This document shows, piece after piece, positions 18,635 through 27,783 of a DNA stretch of 45,253 nucleotides (position 1 is its first letter; every line of letters begins with the position of its first letter). The notes below the pieces were generated by a model. That model ran no database searches, was not told the DNA's origin, and saw only the letters and a program-made list of their open reading frames with translations. Position numbers and translations under genes: made by a program. Location of the stretch: the NCBI GenBank assembly GCA_001819435.1, contig MHMT01000012.1, positions 1 through 45,253 on the forward strand, read 5' to 3'. The DNA is from Candidatus Portnoybacteria bacterium RBG_13_40_8. Lineage in GTDB: Bacteria; Patescibacteriota; Minisyncoccia; RBG-13-40-8-A.

Positions 18635-21600
18635 GTGCCTGAAAACTTTAAAAAACTCATCAAAACAAAAAAGACCCCGATAATCATCGGAACTATTTTA
18701 GCTATTTTTGTTGCCGTATTTTTGATTGGTCTAATCAGTACTTCTCTATCCGGTGGGTCGGCAATTAAAGTCGTTTCCGCGCAAAATGTTTTTCAGTCCG
18801 ATGAAACTCCGCAATTTATTTTTATCTACAAAAAACAGGCAAATATCTTTAATAGGATTCTTGTCAGTATTAAGAATCTATTCAGTAGCGAGAATAAAGA
18901 ACTTGAGACCACGGTGAGAATTTTCAATAATTATGGTCAGCAGATTGATGATCTTAATCCTCAAGTTAAACAAGAACCCAACGGAAAATTTACTGTTGAT
19001 TTGGACCATTCAAGATTTCAGCAGGAACTAAGACCCGGAAAATACAAAATGAAATTTGAAATCAAAGACCCCTCGAATTCCTCGGGGCAAGTGGCGACAT
19101 TTGAACAGGATTTTCGCTGGGGAGTTTTGGCAATTAACACCAATAAATCAATCTACATGCCGAACGAAGAAGTTTATTTGCAATTCGCGGCATTGAAAGA
19201 TAATGGTAAAACCGTATGTAACGCAAATTTACGTTTGCAAATCCAAACCCCAAACTCAAAAACTCAAATACTCTCTACTAATGATGGAACAATTAAATAC
19301 AGCGGAGAGTGTAAAGGCGATAATGTCACCAATGTTCCCGACTATTTTGCATATTATAATGTAAGCAAAAAGGGTAAATACGAAATGAAACTGATTAATT
19401 TGGACAATGGTTTTGAAATTACAGATTATTTTGAAGTCCGGGATTCAGTAGAGTTTGACGTGGAAAGAAGCGGTCCGACCAGAGTCTGGCCTTATGCCAA
19501 ATACGAAATTAAAATAAAAATCAAAGCAAATTCTGATTTTCAAGGAGAAATTGTTGAAACCGTGCCCATGACTTTTGCAATAGAGGAAAAATTGGGCGCA
19601 AAACAAGAACCGAATATGGATAACTATACCAAAACCATTACCTGGCAAACCGAAATCAAAAAAGGCGAGACAAAGGAATTCATTTATACTTTTGACGCGC
19701 CCAATGTCAGCCCGTATTTTTACCTTATTGGTCCGTTAAAAATGTATCAGCGTGAATCTGCGTATCCCGAAGGGGAAAATCAGCGTTTATCTGCGGTTTT
19801 TGCGGAGCAAAGACAATGGCAGATTGCCGCGGATGCCGAGACAGAGGTATATATCACTTATGACGAAACTCCCAACGGTTATTCTTGCGGAAGTAATTGC
19901 TTTCTGGTGCCGGAAGATTGGAATAGCGCCTCCAATAGCGTTGAAGTTATCGGCGGCGGCGGCGGAGGAGGAGACGGATCTAATAAATACGGCGGCGGCG
20001 GAGGTGGCGGAGGCGCTTATGCAAGGGGCGTTAACCTATCTTTTACCGCAGCAGCGCAGGTAGACTTCGGCGTGGGAGCGTCCGGCTCAGGAGGGAGTGG
20101 CGATGGCAATGGCACAGCTGGCGGTGATACATACTTTAATGCCTTAACTTTTGCGGCTTGCGAAACCTTGGGTTCTGCTAGCGGTGGCGGTGTTGGCTGC
20201 GTTGGCGCTAATGGTGGCGGTTTTGGCTATGGCGGAAATACCATGACTGGCGGAACTGGTGGGTTTAGCGTTGTTGGCAATGACATAGTAGCAAGCGGTG
20301 GCAATGGTGGTCTTGGGTGCGGGGCTACCGCTGCTGGTGGCGGAGGAGGAGGTGGTGGAGGCGCAGGCGGACCAAAAGGAGATATGCTTGGCAATAACGG
20401 TGGTATAGGTGCAGGAGACGGAAGCCCATCTTTAGGTGGTGGTGGTGGCGGTGGTGGTGGTGGTACGAATGGAGCCGCGCCAACACAGAGTGGAAATCCT
20501 ATGACATGCGGCTCTTATGCTGTCGGTACTGATGTGGGTGGCGTAGGAGGTGCTAATTGGGCCGGAAACGGTGCTGGTGCCGGGGGAGACCCTAATGGTA
20601 CAGAAGGTACGGTCGGAGGTGGTGGTGGAGGAGGCGATGATGGAGGTACGGGTAATGTAGGTGGCGCTGGTACAGAATGGACTGCTTCTTATGGTTCTGG
20701 CGGTGGTGGTGGAGGAGGAGGAGATGGCATGACGGGTGGCTATGGCGGCAAATATGGCGGCGGAGGAGGAGGCGGAGAAGCATGTACTGCCGCTACTTGT
20801 TACGGAGCAGGCGGCCTGATTCACATTGCCTATACTCCTGCGGTCAAAACTATTTCCGGTAATTGCAAAAAAGTAAACCAGTCAGACAATTGCGCTGTCT
20901 GCACCGGTTGCGTAAAAGCGGCAATAGAAGGAGTTGTGGATGGTGCAAGTGGGAATATTGATGCTTCCGGCGTTTGGACAATTACGCCGGCAACTACCCT
21001 GGCTGTTGATGATGTGATTGCGGTTTTCATCAATGATCAGGCAGTTGCCAGCAGAGCAGTGGCAGTCACCCGATACAACGGCTCCAGTAATGTTAGCGGC
21101 ATGCAGCTCTACGCACAGCATCTGGTTATTGGAAGCAATGATAACCGAACTGCCTCAAACAGTGATTTGGCTCTTTATGATTATTCTTCTTCCGGTGGCG
21201 ATGCCGACCTTTTCTTTGATGTTAATGCCAGCAATCAACTTACCGGTTGTATTGTTGATGGTTGCGAGAGCATGGAGCTTTATATTATGGCAAGCAATAA
21301 ATACACGCCAAGCTCAACCAGCGCAACATTTGTGGAGATTCACGATATTGAAATTGACGGCACTTTTGATATGACCCTTGGAACCGGCGCAAATTATGCA
21401 TCAATTTCCGGTTCTTGGAATAATGATAGTGTTTTTACTGCTGGAGATTCTACTATCTTTTTTATTGCTTCCGACAGTGATATTACGGGAATTCCGGAGG
21501 TCGTTTCCGCTTCAGCCGGTTCCACGAATTCATTTTATAACCTTACTTTTGGTGACAGCGCCACTTCGTCACTTACTGGTCACTGGGATTCGGCAGGAGA

Positions 21601-23101
21601 CATTGGTACTTTGACGGTGACAATGCAAATTGACCTTGCTGCTGGCACTTTACATATGAATGGTGCCGATAATGTAAGTCTTGCCGGAAATTTTTACACT
21701 GGTTCCAATGGCATCTATACTAAAAGCACAGGTACATTTACTTTTAATAAAAACGGCACCGCACTGTGGGGAGACTACAGAGGGACAAAATCCGATATGG
21801 GCGCAGTGGTAATTGACGGCGGTGGTTCGGCTACAACCGTTAATCTTCTTCAGAGCGTCAAGGCAACAAGCATAAACATTACTGGCAGCGACACGTTTGC
21901 TCCCAATGGTGCGTATACCTTGACTTTAACCGGCGCTGGCGCGGCTTTTACGAACTCTGGCACTTTTACTTGTTCTACTAGCACAATTGTTTATGAAGGA
22001 ACATCAGCTACTACTGTGGCCGCGTTAAACGGCACAAACCATTATTATAATCTCACTGTTGGTTTATCTACGGATACTGGCACGTTTTCTTATACTGCTG
22101 ACGGAGAAATTGAAGCATCGGGTTCAATGACTTTAATTGCCGGTTCTTCGGGCGTACATACTTTTGATATGAGCACCTATAATTTATCCGTAGGCGGCGG
22201 CGCAGCCAGTACCGGCGGAATAGCGGTTCCTGCTGGAACTGTATTTACTCAAACTTCGGGAACTACCAAAGTATATTCTTCCAGCGGCTCGGCAACAATC
22301 GGTGGCACAGGCACAACCAAATTTTATATTTTTCAAATCGGCAATGCTTCAGATGGCGCTACTTACACATTTAATTTAGGTGGAGACATAGGGGCATCGA
22401 GCAGTTTTACTCTTGCGGCCGGAGCTAGTCATGTTTTAGGCTTATCTTCTTATGAATTCGGGGTTTGGGGAAATTTTACCCTTGGCACAAGCGCCAGTTT
22501 AAGCGCCCAGACCGGGACTTTGAACTTTGGTAATAACACTTCCATGACCCTGACTTGTTCTACTGGTTGTGAGCCGTATAACCTGACTATTAATAAAACT
22601 GCAGCCGGAGATTCGGATGACAATGTTACTTTGGGGGCCGACCTTGTTGTTAGAAATATTTTGACCATTACTGATGGGGAGTTAGTTCAAGGGAATAATA
22701 ATGTTACAGTTGAGGGCACAAGCGCGGTTTCGGTCGCTGCGGCCGGAAAATGGAACAATATCGGCACTGGTGATTTGACTTTAGGCGGCACTTTTGCCAA
22801 TTCCGGCACAGTTGTTTTCAATACCAGTAATAATGGCTGTACCGGTGGCGGCATAGCTGATGATATCGCAATTACTTCTACTGCCGGCGGCACGCAAAGA
22901 AACTGGACTTCAACCTCACCGATTCAAATGTTTAATGTTTCAGTTACCGATATGACCAGCACTGCGGACATTATTGCTTATTCCAGCACCTTCAGTAATG
23001 TCGGTCCCAACTGGGCCCTTGTCAAATGCAGTGATTATTCTACGCCCTATAACAGGATTAAAGGCAGTACCAGAATAAAAGGAGGAACGAGGATAAAATA
23101 A
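18635..23101 (+). CDS. Large membrane-anchored/secreted protein with Gly-rich region and beta-strand-rich C-terminal half
   Basis: N-terminal TM segment; poly-Gly tracts ~19950-20815; T/S/G-rich passenger-like C-terminus with paired Cys; ends RIKGSTRIKGGTRIK. Confidence 0.8.
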   Translation: MPENFKKLIKTKKTPIIIGTILAIFVAVFLIGLISTSLSGGSAIKVVSAQNVFQSDETPQFIFIYKKQANIFNRILVSIKNLFSSENKELETTVRIFNNYGQQIDDLNPQVKQEPNGKFTVDLDHSRFQQELRPGKYKMKFEIKDPSNSSGQVATFEQDFRWGVLAINTNKSIYMPNEEVYLQFAALKDNGKTVCNANLRLQIQTPNSKTQILSTNDGTIKYSGECKGDNVTNVPDYFAYYNVSKKGKYEMKLINLDNGFEITDYFEVRDSVEFDVERSGPTRVWPYAKYEIKIKIKANSDFQGEIVETVPMTFAIEEKLGAKQEPNMDNYTKTITWQTEIKKGETKEFIYTFDAPNVSPYFYLIGPLKMYQRESAYPEGENQRLSAVFAEQRQWQIAADAETEVYITYDETPNGYSCGSNCFLVPEDWNSASNSVEVIGGGGGGGDGSNKYGGGGGGGGAYARGVNLSFTAAAQVDFGVGASGSGGSGDGNGTAGGDTYFNALTFAACETLGSASGGGVGCVGANGGGFGYGGNTMTGGTGGFSVVGNDIVASGGNGGLGCGATAAGGGGGGGGGAGGPKGDMLGNNGGIGAGDGSPSLGGGGGGGGGGTNGAAPTQSGNPMTCGSYAVGTDVGGVGGANWAGNGAGAGGDPNGTEGTVGGGGGGGDDGGTGNVGGAGTEWTASYGSGGGGGGGGDGMTGGYGGKYGGGGGGGEACTAATCYGAGGLIHIAYTPAVKTISGNCKKVNQSDNCAVCTGCVKAAIEGVVDGASGNIDASGVWTITPATTLAVDDVIAVFINDQAVASRAVAVTRYNGSSNVSGMQLYAQHLVIGSNDNRTASNSDLALYDYSSSGGDADLFFDVNASNQLTGCIVDGCESMELYIMASNKYTPSSTSATFVEIHDIEIDGTFDMTLGTGANYASISGSWNNDSVFTAGDSTIFFIASDSDITGIPEVVSASAGSTNSFYNLTFGDSATSSLTGHWDSAGDIGTLTVTMQIDLAAGTLHMNGADNVSLAGNFYTGSNGIYTKSTGTFTFNKNGTALWGDYRGTKSDMGAVVIDGGGSATTVNLLQSVKATSINITGSDTFAPNGAYTLTLTGAGAAFTNSGTFTCSTSTIVYEGTSATTVAALNGTNHYYNLTVGLSTDTGTFSYTADGEIEASGSMTLIAGSSGVHTFDMSTYNLSVGGGAASTGGIAVPAGTVFTQTSGTTKVYSSSGSATIGGTGTTKFYIFQIGNASDGATYTFNLGGDIGASSSFTLAAGASHVLGLSSYEFGVWGNFTLGTSASLSAQTGTLNFGNNTSMTLTCSTGCEPYNLTINKTAAGDSDDNVTLGADLVVRNILTITDGELVQGNNNVTVEGTSAVSVAAAGKWNNIGTGDLTLGGTFANSGTVVFNTSNNGCTGGGIADDIAITSTAGGTQRNWTSTSPIQMFNVSVTDMTSTADIIAYSSTFSNVGPNWALVKCSDYSTPYNRIKGSTRIKGGTRIK
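19746..19795 (-). repeat. ACGCAGAT-decamer element (copy 2, reverse orientation), in frame
   Basis: Reverse complement reads CGCAGATAAACGCTGATTTT-CCCCTTCGGG-ATACGCAGATTCACGCTGAT. Confidence 0.75.
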
Positions 23102-23277
23102 ATTGACCTAATTGCTCTAATTGACCCAATCTAGAGAATTAACCTAATTATTCTAATTGACCTAATTAACCTAATCAAATCCCAAATCCCAATAACTAAA
23201 TCCCAAATTTAGACATTAGGCATTTAGGCATTGGGCATTGATTAGAATAATTAGAAATTAGGTTAATTAGAAATTTT
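23101..23277. repeat. Palindromic element E5 with 9-nt outer and 7-nt inner units
   Basis: Eight AATTGACCT-like 9-mers, AATC, AAATCCC-like 7-mers; right arm has AGGCATT-like units, GATT, AGAATAATT/AGGTTAATT. Confidence 0.85.
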
Positions 23278-23325
23278 AAAACAAGTAGTTTTTGCTGTTT
23301 GTTTTTTTATTTTGACTTTTTGTTA

Positions 23326-23334
23326 TGGTAGAAT
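23326..23334 (+). promoter_or_regulatory. Putative extended -10 promoter
   Basis: TG-G-TAGAAT, 6 nt before ATG 23341. Confidence 0.5.
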
Positions 23335-23340
23335 GTGTTT

Positions 23341-24737
23341 ATGCTAGCAAAACTGGAAAAATATTTATTCTACGCCTTTCTTTTTTTAATTCCCCTGCAA
23401 TTGCGAGCGACGATTTCTTGGCAGGGGAGCGAGTGGGATTCTGTTTTTTTATATTTAACCGATTTATTATTAATCGGCTTTTTATTTTTCGCGATTATCA
23501 ATAAAAGAATATCGTTCAGAAAAAGCGGTATTCTTTTATATTTATTTTTGGGACTTGCTTTAATCTCCATATTTGTTAGTTCGGATAAAGGGGTTAGTGT
23601 TTATCGCTTTATAAAATTACTGGAATTCGTAGCTCTATACATATATATGTGTAGTCAATTCAAAATTCAAAATTCAAAATTCAGACAATTTTATCTGTTA
23701 TTTTGTATTCGGCTGTTTTCCAGGCAATTTTAGCCATTGTCCAGTTTTTTAAACAATCGAGTTTGGGTTTGAAATTTATTGAAGCCGGTCAATATCTACC
23801 TGGCGCGCCGGGAGTGGCTACTTTTATTTCCGGCAACGAGAAAATTATGCGTGCCTACGGCTCTTTTTCTCATCCCAATGTCTTGGCCGTATTTTTGTTG
23901 TTGGCTATTTTTTGTTTTTATTATTTATGGATTAAAGGATTCAATGGTCCCCGGTCCCCGGTTACTAGTTACTTGTTACCGGTTACTAGTTACTTATTAC
24001 TGGTCTTTGGATTATTTTTGACTTTTTCCCGCGGAGCAATTCTGGTTTTTCTGTTTATTAGTTTTACATTTCTCTTAACCAGATTTTTTCAGTTGCGGCA
24101 ATTATATCATACCGAAGAAAGATTGCTCGCCGGGAAAAAATTGATGATTTTAGCTTCATTTTTCGTGTTTTTTTCTTTAATCAGTGGTTTGATTGTCCTG
24201 CCCTACTTTAAAACCCGCTTTACGAAAATTTCTCTTGAAGAAGAAGCGATTGACCTCCGATTTTTTTACAATAAAATGGCTCTGTCTATGATAAAAGACA
24301 AGCCGTTTTTGGGAATCGGTATCGGTAATTTCGTTAATTTTTCCCGTAATTATCCGGCATTTTTAAGAGCAGCCGCCAAACTTGCCGCTTCCGGCGGTTT
24401 GACCGGTGGACAGGTTCCCGAATGGATTTATCAGCCAACCCACAATCTTTATTTATTGATTGCTTCGGAAATCGGAATTTTGGGCGCGTTAATCTTTTTA
24501 ATATTTTTATTTAAGAAATTTACTTACGGGGTTGGCCAGATTTTTAAAAATCTCAACGAAATCAATCCTTTGTTTTTTCTTTTTATCGGATTTTTGATTC
24601 TTGCCTTAAGCGACCATCTTTTCTGGACCCTACAGTCGGGAGGAATAATATTTTGGCTATCTTTAGCGTTATTAGAAAATCCAAACTATTTCAAAATCCA
24701 AACTATTTCAAAACAAATCCAAAATCCAAATGTTTAA
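23341..24737 (+). pseudogene. O-antigen ligase (Wzy_C) family membrane protein split by a frameshift at a (CAAAATT)3 tract; possibly phase-variable or an assembly artefact
   Basis: ORFs 23335-23733 and 23703-24737 form one multi-TM protein with RAYGSFSHPN, TFSRGA, PFLGIGIGNF and HNLYL..ASEIG motifs. Confidence 0.75.
23947..24002 (+). repeat. In-frame heptamer tract (GTCCCCG)2 plus (GTTACTA-like)6
   Basis: Encodes GPRSPVTSYLLPVTSYLL. Confidence 0.85.
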
Positions 24738-24799
24738 AAATTCAATCATTTGAAATTGATTTGGAATAATTTGAGCTTTGAGATAATTTGAAATAATTT
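24677..24799. repeat. Palindromic element E6 overlapping the ligase 3' end
   Basis: (AAATCCA AACTATTTCA)x2 AAAC AAATCCA AAATCCA, with a complementary-type right arm TTTGGAATAATTTG...GAGATAATTTGAAATAATTTT. Confidence 0.75.
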
Positions 24800-26155
24800 A
24801 TGCAATATATTTGCGATTTTCACATTCACTCCAAATACTCCCGCGCTACTTCTAAAGAAACAAATATTGAGAATCTGAACAAATGGGCGCGCATCAAGGG
24901 CGTTGATGTTTTGGGAAGCGGAGATTTTACCCATCCACTTTGGCTGAAAGAATTGAAAGAAAAGCTGATTCCAGCCGAAAAAGGGCTTTTCCGTTATAAA
25001 GATAAAAAAATAAAAAATAATCATAATGGATTTTTGATTAACGGAAACAATCATCAGCCGGAGACGAGATTTATTCTGACTACCGAGATTTCCAGTATTT
25101 ATTCCAAGGGAGGGAAAACCAGAAAAATTCACAATATAATTTTTGCTCCTAATTTTGAGGCAGTGGAAAAAATTAACACCCATCTGGGATGGATTGGTAA
25201 TTTAAAATCCGATGGTCGGCCGATTCTGGGATTGGATGCCAAAGAATTGGCAAAAATTGTTCTGAATATTTCCGAAGATTGCTTGATTATTCCTGCCCAT
25301 GCTTGGACGCCCTGGTTTTCTATTTTCGGTTCATTTTCCGGATTTGACTCGATTGAAGAGTGCTTCGAAGAATATACAAAATATATTTATGCTATTGAAA
25401 CCGGATTATCAAGCGATCCGGAAATGAATTGGCAGTTAAGTAAATTGGATAATATTACCTTAATTTCTAATTCCGATGCTCACAGTCCCGCTAAAATTGG
25501 CCGCGAGGCCAATATTTTTGAAGGCGAGAAAATAGATTATAATTTAATTGCTAACGCAATTAAACGCAGATCCACGCAGATTGAACCCCGACAAGTCGGG
25601 GATACGCAGATAAACGCAGAAAAAGAGTTACGATTGGTTAAAACCCTTGAGTTTTTTCCCGAAGAGGGAAAATATCATTGGGATGGCCATCGGAATTGCG
25701 GAATTGTTTTCAGCCCCGATGAATCGTTTAAATACAATAATGTTTGCCCGCGCTGCGGAAAACCATTAACCATCGGAGTAATGAACCGAGTCCGCCAGCT
25801 GGCTGACCGGCAAATAGGCGAAAAACCAATAAATGCCATTCCTTTTCAAAGACTGATTCCTCTGGAAGAGATAATTGCCGATGTAATTGGCATTGGTGTA
25901 GGCACTAAAGGAGTTAATGAACATTATAAAAACTTGATTAAGGTTTTTGGCAACGAATTCAAGATTTTATTGGAAGTCAGAAAAGAACAAATTGCCTCTG
26001 TCAGTTTGCCGGAGATTGCCGAAGGCATAGACAAGGTAAGACAGGGCAAAATTTCAGTATCCCCCGGTTATGATGGAGAATATGGGAAAATCAGTATTTT
26101 TGGCGATAACGAAGAAAGACCAAAAACCATCGGCAGCCAAGAAACCCTTTTTTGA
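24800..26155 (+). CDS. Endonuclease Q family / PHP-domain protein (related to the N-terminal domain of some UvrD proteins)
   Basis: DFHIHSKYSRATS, AHAWTPWFS, ETGLSSD, SNSDAHS, GKYHWDGHR.C, CPRCG, PGYDGEYG. Confidence 0.85.
   Translation: MQYICDFHIHSKYSRATSKETNIENLNKWARIKGVDVLGSGDFTHPLWLKELKEKLIPAEKGLFRYKDKKIKNNHNGFLINGNNHQPETRFILTTEISSIYSKGGKTRKIHNIIFAPNFEAVEKINTHLGWIGNLKSDGRPILGLDAKELAKIVLNISEDCLIIPAHAWTPWFSIFGSFSGFDSIEECFEEYTKYIYAIETGLSSDPEMNWQLSKLDNITLISNSDAHSPAKIGREANIFEGEKIDYNLIANAIKRRSTQIEPRQVGDTQINAEKELRLVKTLEFFPEEGKYHWDGHRNCGIVFSPDESFKYNNVCPRCGKPLTIGVMNRVRQLADRQIGEKPINAIPFQRLIPLEEIIADVIGIGVGTKGVNEHYKNLIKVFGNEFKILLEVRKEQIASVSLPEIAEGIDKVRQGKISVSPGYDGEYGKISIFGDNEERPKTIGSQETLF
25562..25620 (+). 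repeat. ACGCAGAT-decamer element (copy 3), in frame
   Basis: AAACGCAGAT CCACGCAGATTGA-A-CCCCGAC AA GTCGGGG-ATACGCAGAT AAACGCAGA. Confidence 0.85.
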
Positions 26156-26158
26156 ATT

Positions 26159-26248
26159 AATCTCTAATCTCAAAATCCTAATTTCTAAACAATCTCAAAT
26201 ATCAAAATTCAAAAATTTTAGAGATTAGAGATTAGAAATTAGAGATTT
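26159..26248. repeat. Heptamer palindromic element E7 (AATCTCT type)
   Basis: AATCTCT AATCTCA AAATCCT AATTTCT AAAC AATCTCA...; right arm (AGAGATT)n. Confidence 0.8.
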
Positions 26249-26258
26249 AAATTATTTT

Positions 26259-26939
26259 ATGGAAATTGTTAGCACGAATTCCGTTTTAAATCTTCTATAT
26301 ACTCACCGTTATATTTTTTCTTTTTTGGGCGCTTTTTTTGAGGGCACTTTTATTATGATTTTGACCGGCGTTCTTTACAAGCTCGGATATTTTAAATTTT
26401 GGGCATTATTCTCTGTGTTGTTGGGTGGGTATTTTCTTAATGGAGTAATATGGTATTTGATCGGAAGATATGGAGGTAATCATGTTTTAGAAAAATGGGG
26501 CAAGCGCCTTAATTTTACCAAAAATTTAGTGGAGAAATTGGAAGAATATTTTAAAAACCACAGCCTAAGAACGCTTTTTATAACTCGAATTACCTGGGGT
26601 TTTAGCATGCTTAGTTTTATGATTGCCGGCAGTTTTAAAATGAAATTTAAAAAATTTGCAGCCGTTAATTTGGCGGCTAGCGTTGTTTGGGTTTTGGGTT
26701 TAGTCGGTATTGGTTATGTTTTCGGGGCAAGCCTTAAGGGCCTTTCAATCGTCACCAAGAGCATCAGAATTGGGCTGACTATTGCCCTTTTTGCGATTAT
26801 AGTTTTTGTTTCTTTCCTGATTGTTTATTGGCTAAGATGGTTTGCCAGAACAAAATTTATCCAAGATTTAAGCGAGCACAAGGAATCACAATTTTTACGC
26901 TGGGTAGGAGAAAAAATCAGTAATTTCGGCAAAAAATGA
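26259..26939 (+). CDS. DedA (VTT domain) family membrane protein
   Basis: TM pattern with Y.IGRYGG, LFITR and AG...M.FKKF...N motifs. Confidence 0.8.
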   Translation: MEIVSTNSVLNLLYTHRYIFSFLGAFFEGTFIMILTGVLYKLGYFKFWALFSVLLGGYFLNGVIWYLIGRYGGNHVLEKWGKRLNFTKNLVEKLEEYFKNHSLRTLFITRITWGFSMLSFMIAGSFKMKFKKFAAVNLAASVVWVLGLVGIGYVFGASLKGLSIVTKSIRIGLTIALFAIIVFVSFLIVYWLRWFARTKFIQDLSEHKESQFLRWVGEKISNFGKK

Positions 26940-26945
26940 TATAAT
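26937..26945 (+). promoter_or_regulatory. Putative extended -10 promoter
   Basis: TG-A-TATAAT, 6 nt before ATG 26952. Confidence 0.6.
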
Positions 26946-26951
26946 AAAAAA

Positions 26952-27575
26952 ATGGGCAGATTCTCTATCAATAAAATAATTCGAATTCTCATCGGTGCGG
27001 ATTTTATCTTTCTTTCCGCTCTGGGTTTGATTACCCCGATTTTCGCTGTTTTTATCACCGGACAAATTAAAGGCGGAACAGTGGAGGTAGTTGGATTTGC
27101 CGCAGGTATTTATTGGATACTCAAATCTTTTCTGCAGTTGCCCATCGGTAAATTTTTGGACAAAAGAAAAGGAGAGAGAGACGATTTATGTTTTCTGGTA
27201 ATTGGTTATCTTATAGTGGCTTGCGTTCAGTTCGGTTATATTTTAAGTTCCTTGCCTTGGCATGTTTATCTTTTAGAAGGTATTTATGCCTTTGGTATGG
27301 CAATGGCTATTCCTGCTTGGCCTGCTATATTTACTCGTCATATCGACAAAGGCAAGGAAGCTTTTGAGTGGAGTCTAGAGAGCACTGCTTTAAGCTTTGG
27401 CAGCGGAGTTACCGGAGCGCTGGGCGGAATTTTGGTTGCCAAATTTGGTTTTAATTTAGTGTTTCTAGTCGCTGGTTTTATAGCCATGTTTGGAGGATTT
27501 CTTCCCTTGTTTATTGTTAAAGATGTTGAAAAGAAGGGAGATCATCATTTGAGGTTTTGGAGAAAAAGATTATGA
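26952..27575 (+). CDS. Half-size (about 6 TM) MFS transporter
   Basis: P.GKFLDKRKG motif-A-like loop; six hydrophobic segments. Confidence 0.75.
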   Translation: MGRFSINKIIRILIGADFIFLSALGLITPIFAVFITGQIKGGTVEVVGFAAGIYWILKSFLQLPIGKFLDKRKGERDDLCFLVIGYLIVACVQFGYILSSLPWHVYLLEGIYAFGMAMAIPAWPAIFTRHIDKGKEAFEWSLESTALSFGSGVTGALGGILVAKFGFNLVFLVAGFIAMFGGFLPLFIVKDVEKKGDHHLRFWRKRL

Positions 27576-27778
27576 TAAATGATAAAATAACCAAAAATAT
27601 GACCATTGATGAGGTTTTGAAAAAATATCCGCAAACAGCGGAGATTTTTCTAAAATACGGATTTCATTGTTTGGGATGCGCCGCAGCAACCTTTGAGACG
27701 CTTGAACAAGGAGCAACGGCCCATGGGATTACCGCAGAAGAGTTGTTGGAAGATTTGAACAAGACAATAGGGGCTTGA
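27572..27778 (+). CDS. DUF1858 / hybrid-cluster-associated redox disulfide domain protein
   Basis: ITKNMTI.EV..KYP...G.HCLGC..A.FETLEQGA..HG; ATG 27572 overlaps the upstream TGA. Confidence 0.85.
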   Translation: MINDKITKNMTIDEVLKKYPQTAEIFLKYGFHCLGCAAATFETLEQGATAHGITAEELLEDLNKTIGA

Positions 27779-27783
27779 TCTTT

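Noticed and set aside
19950-20815. GGC/GGT tracts as a non-coding repeat element
   Set aside because: Explained by poly-glycine coding with mixed codons
23636-23651. (AT)n slippage as the cause of the ligase frameshift
   Set aside because: Shifting frame here runs into TAG at 23652-23654, so it cannot restore the ORF
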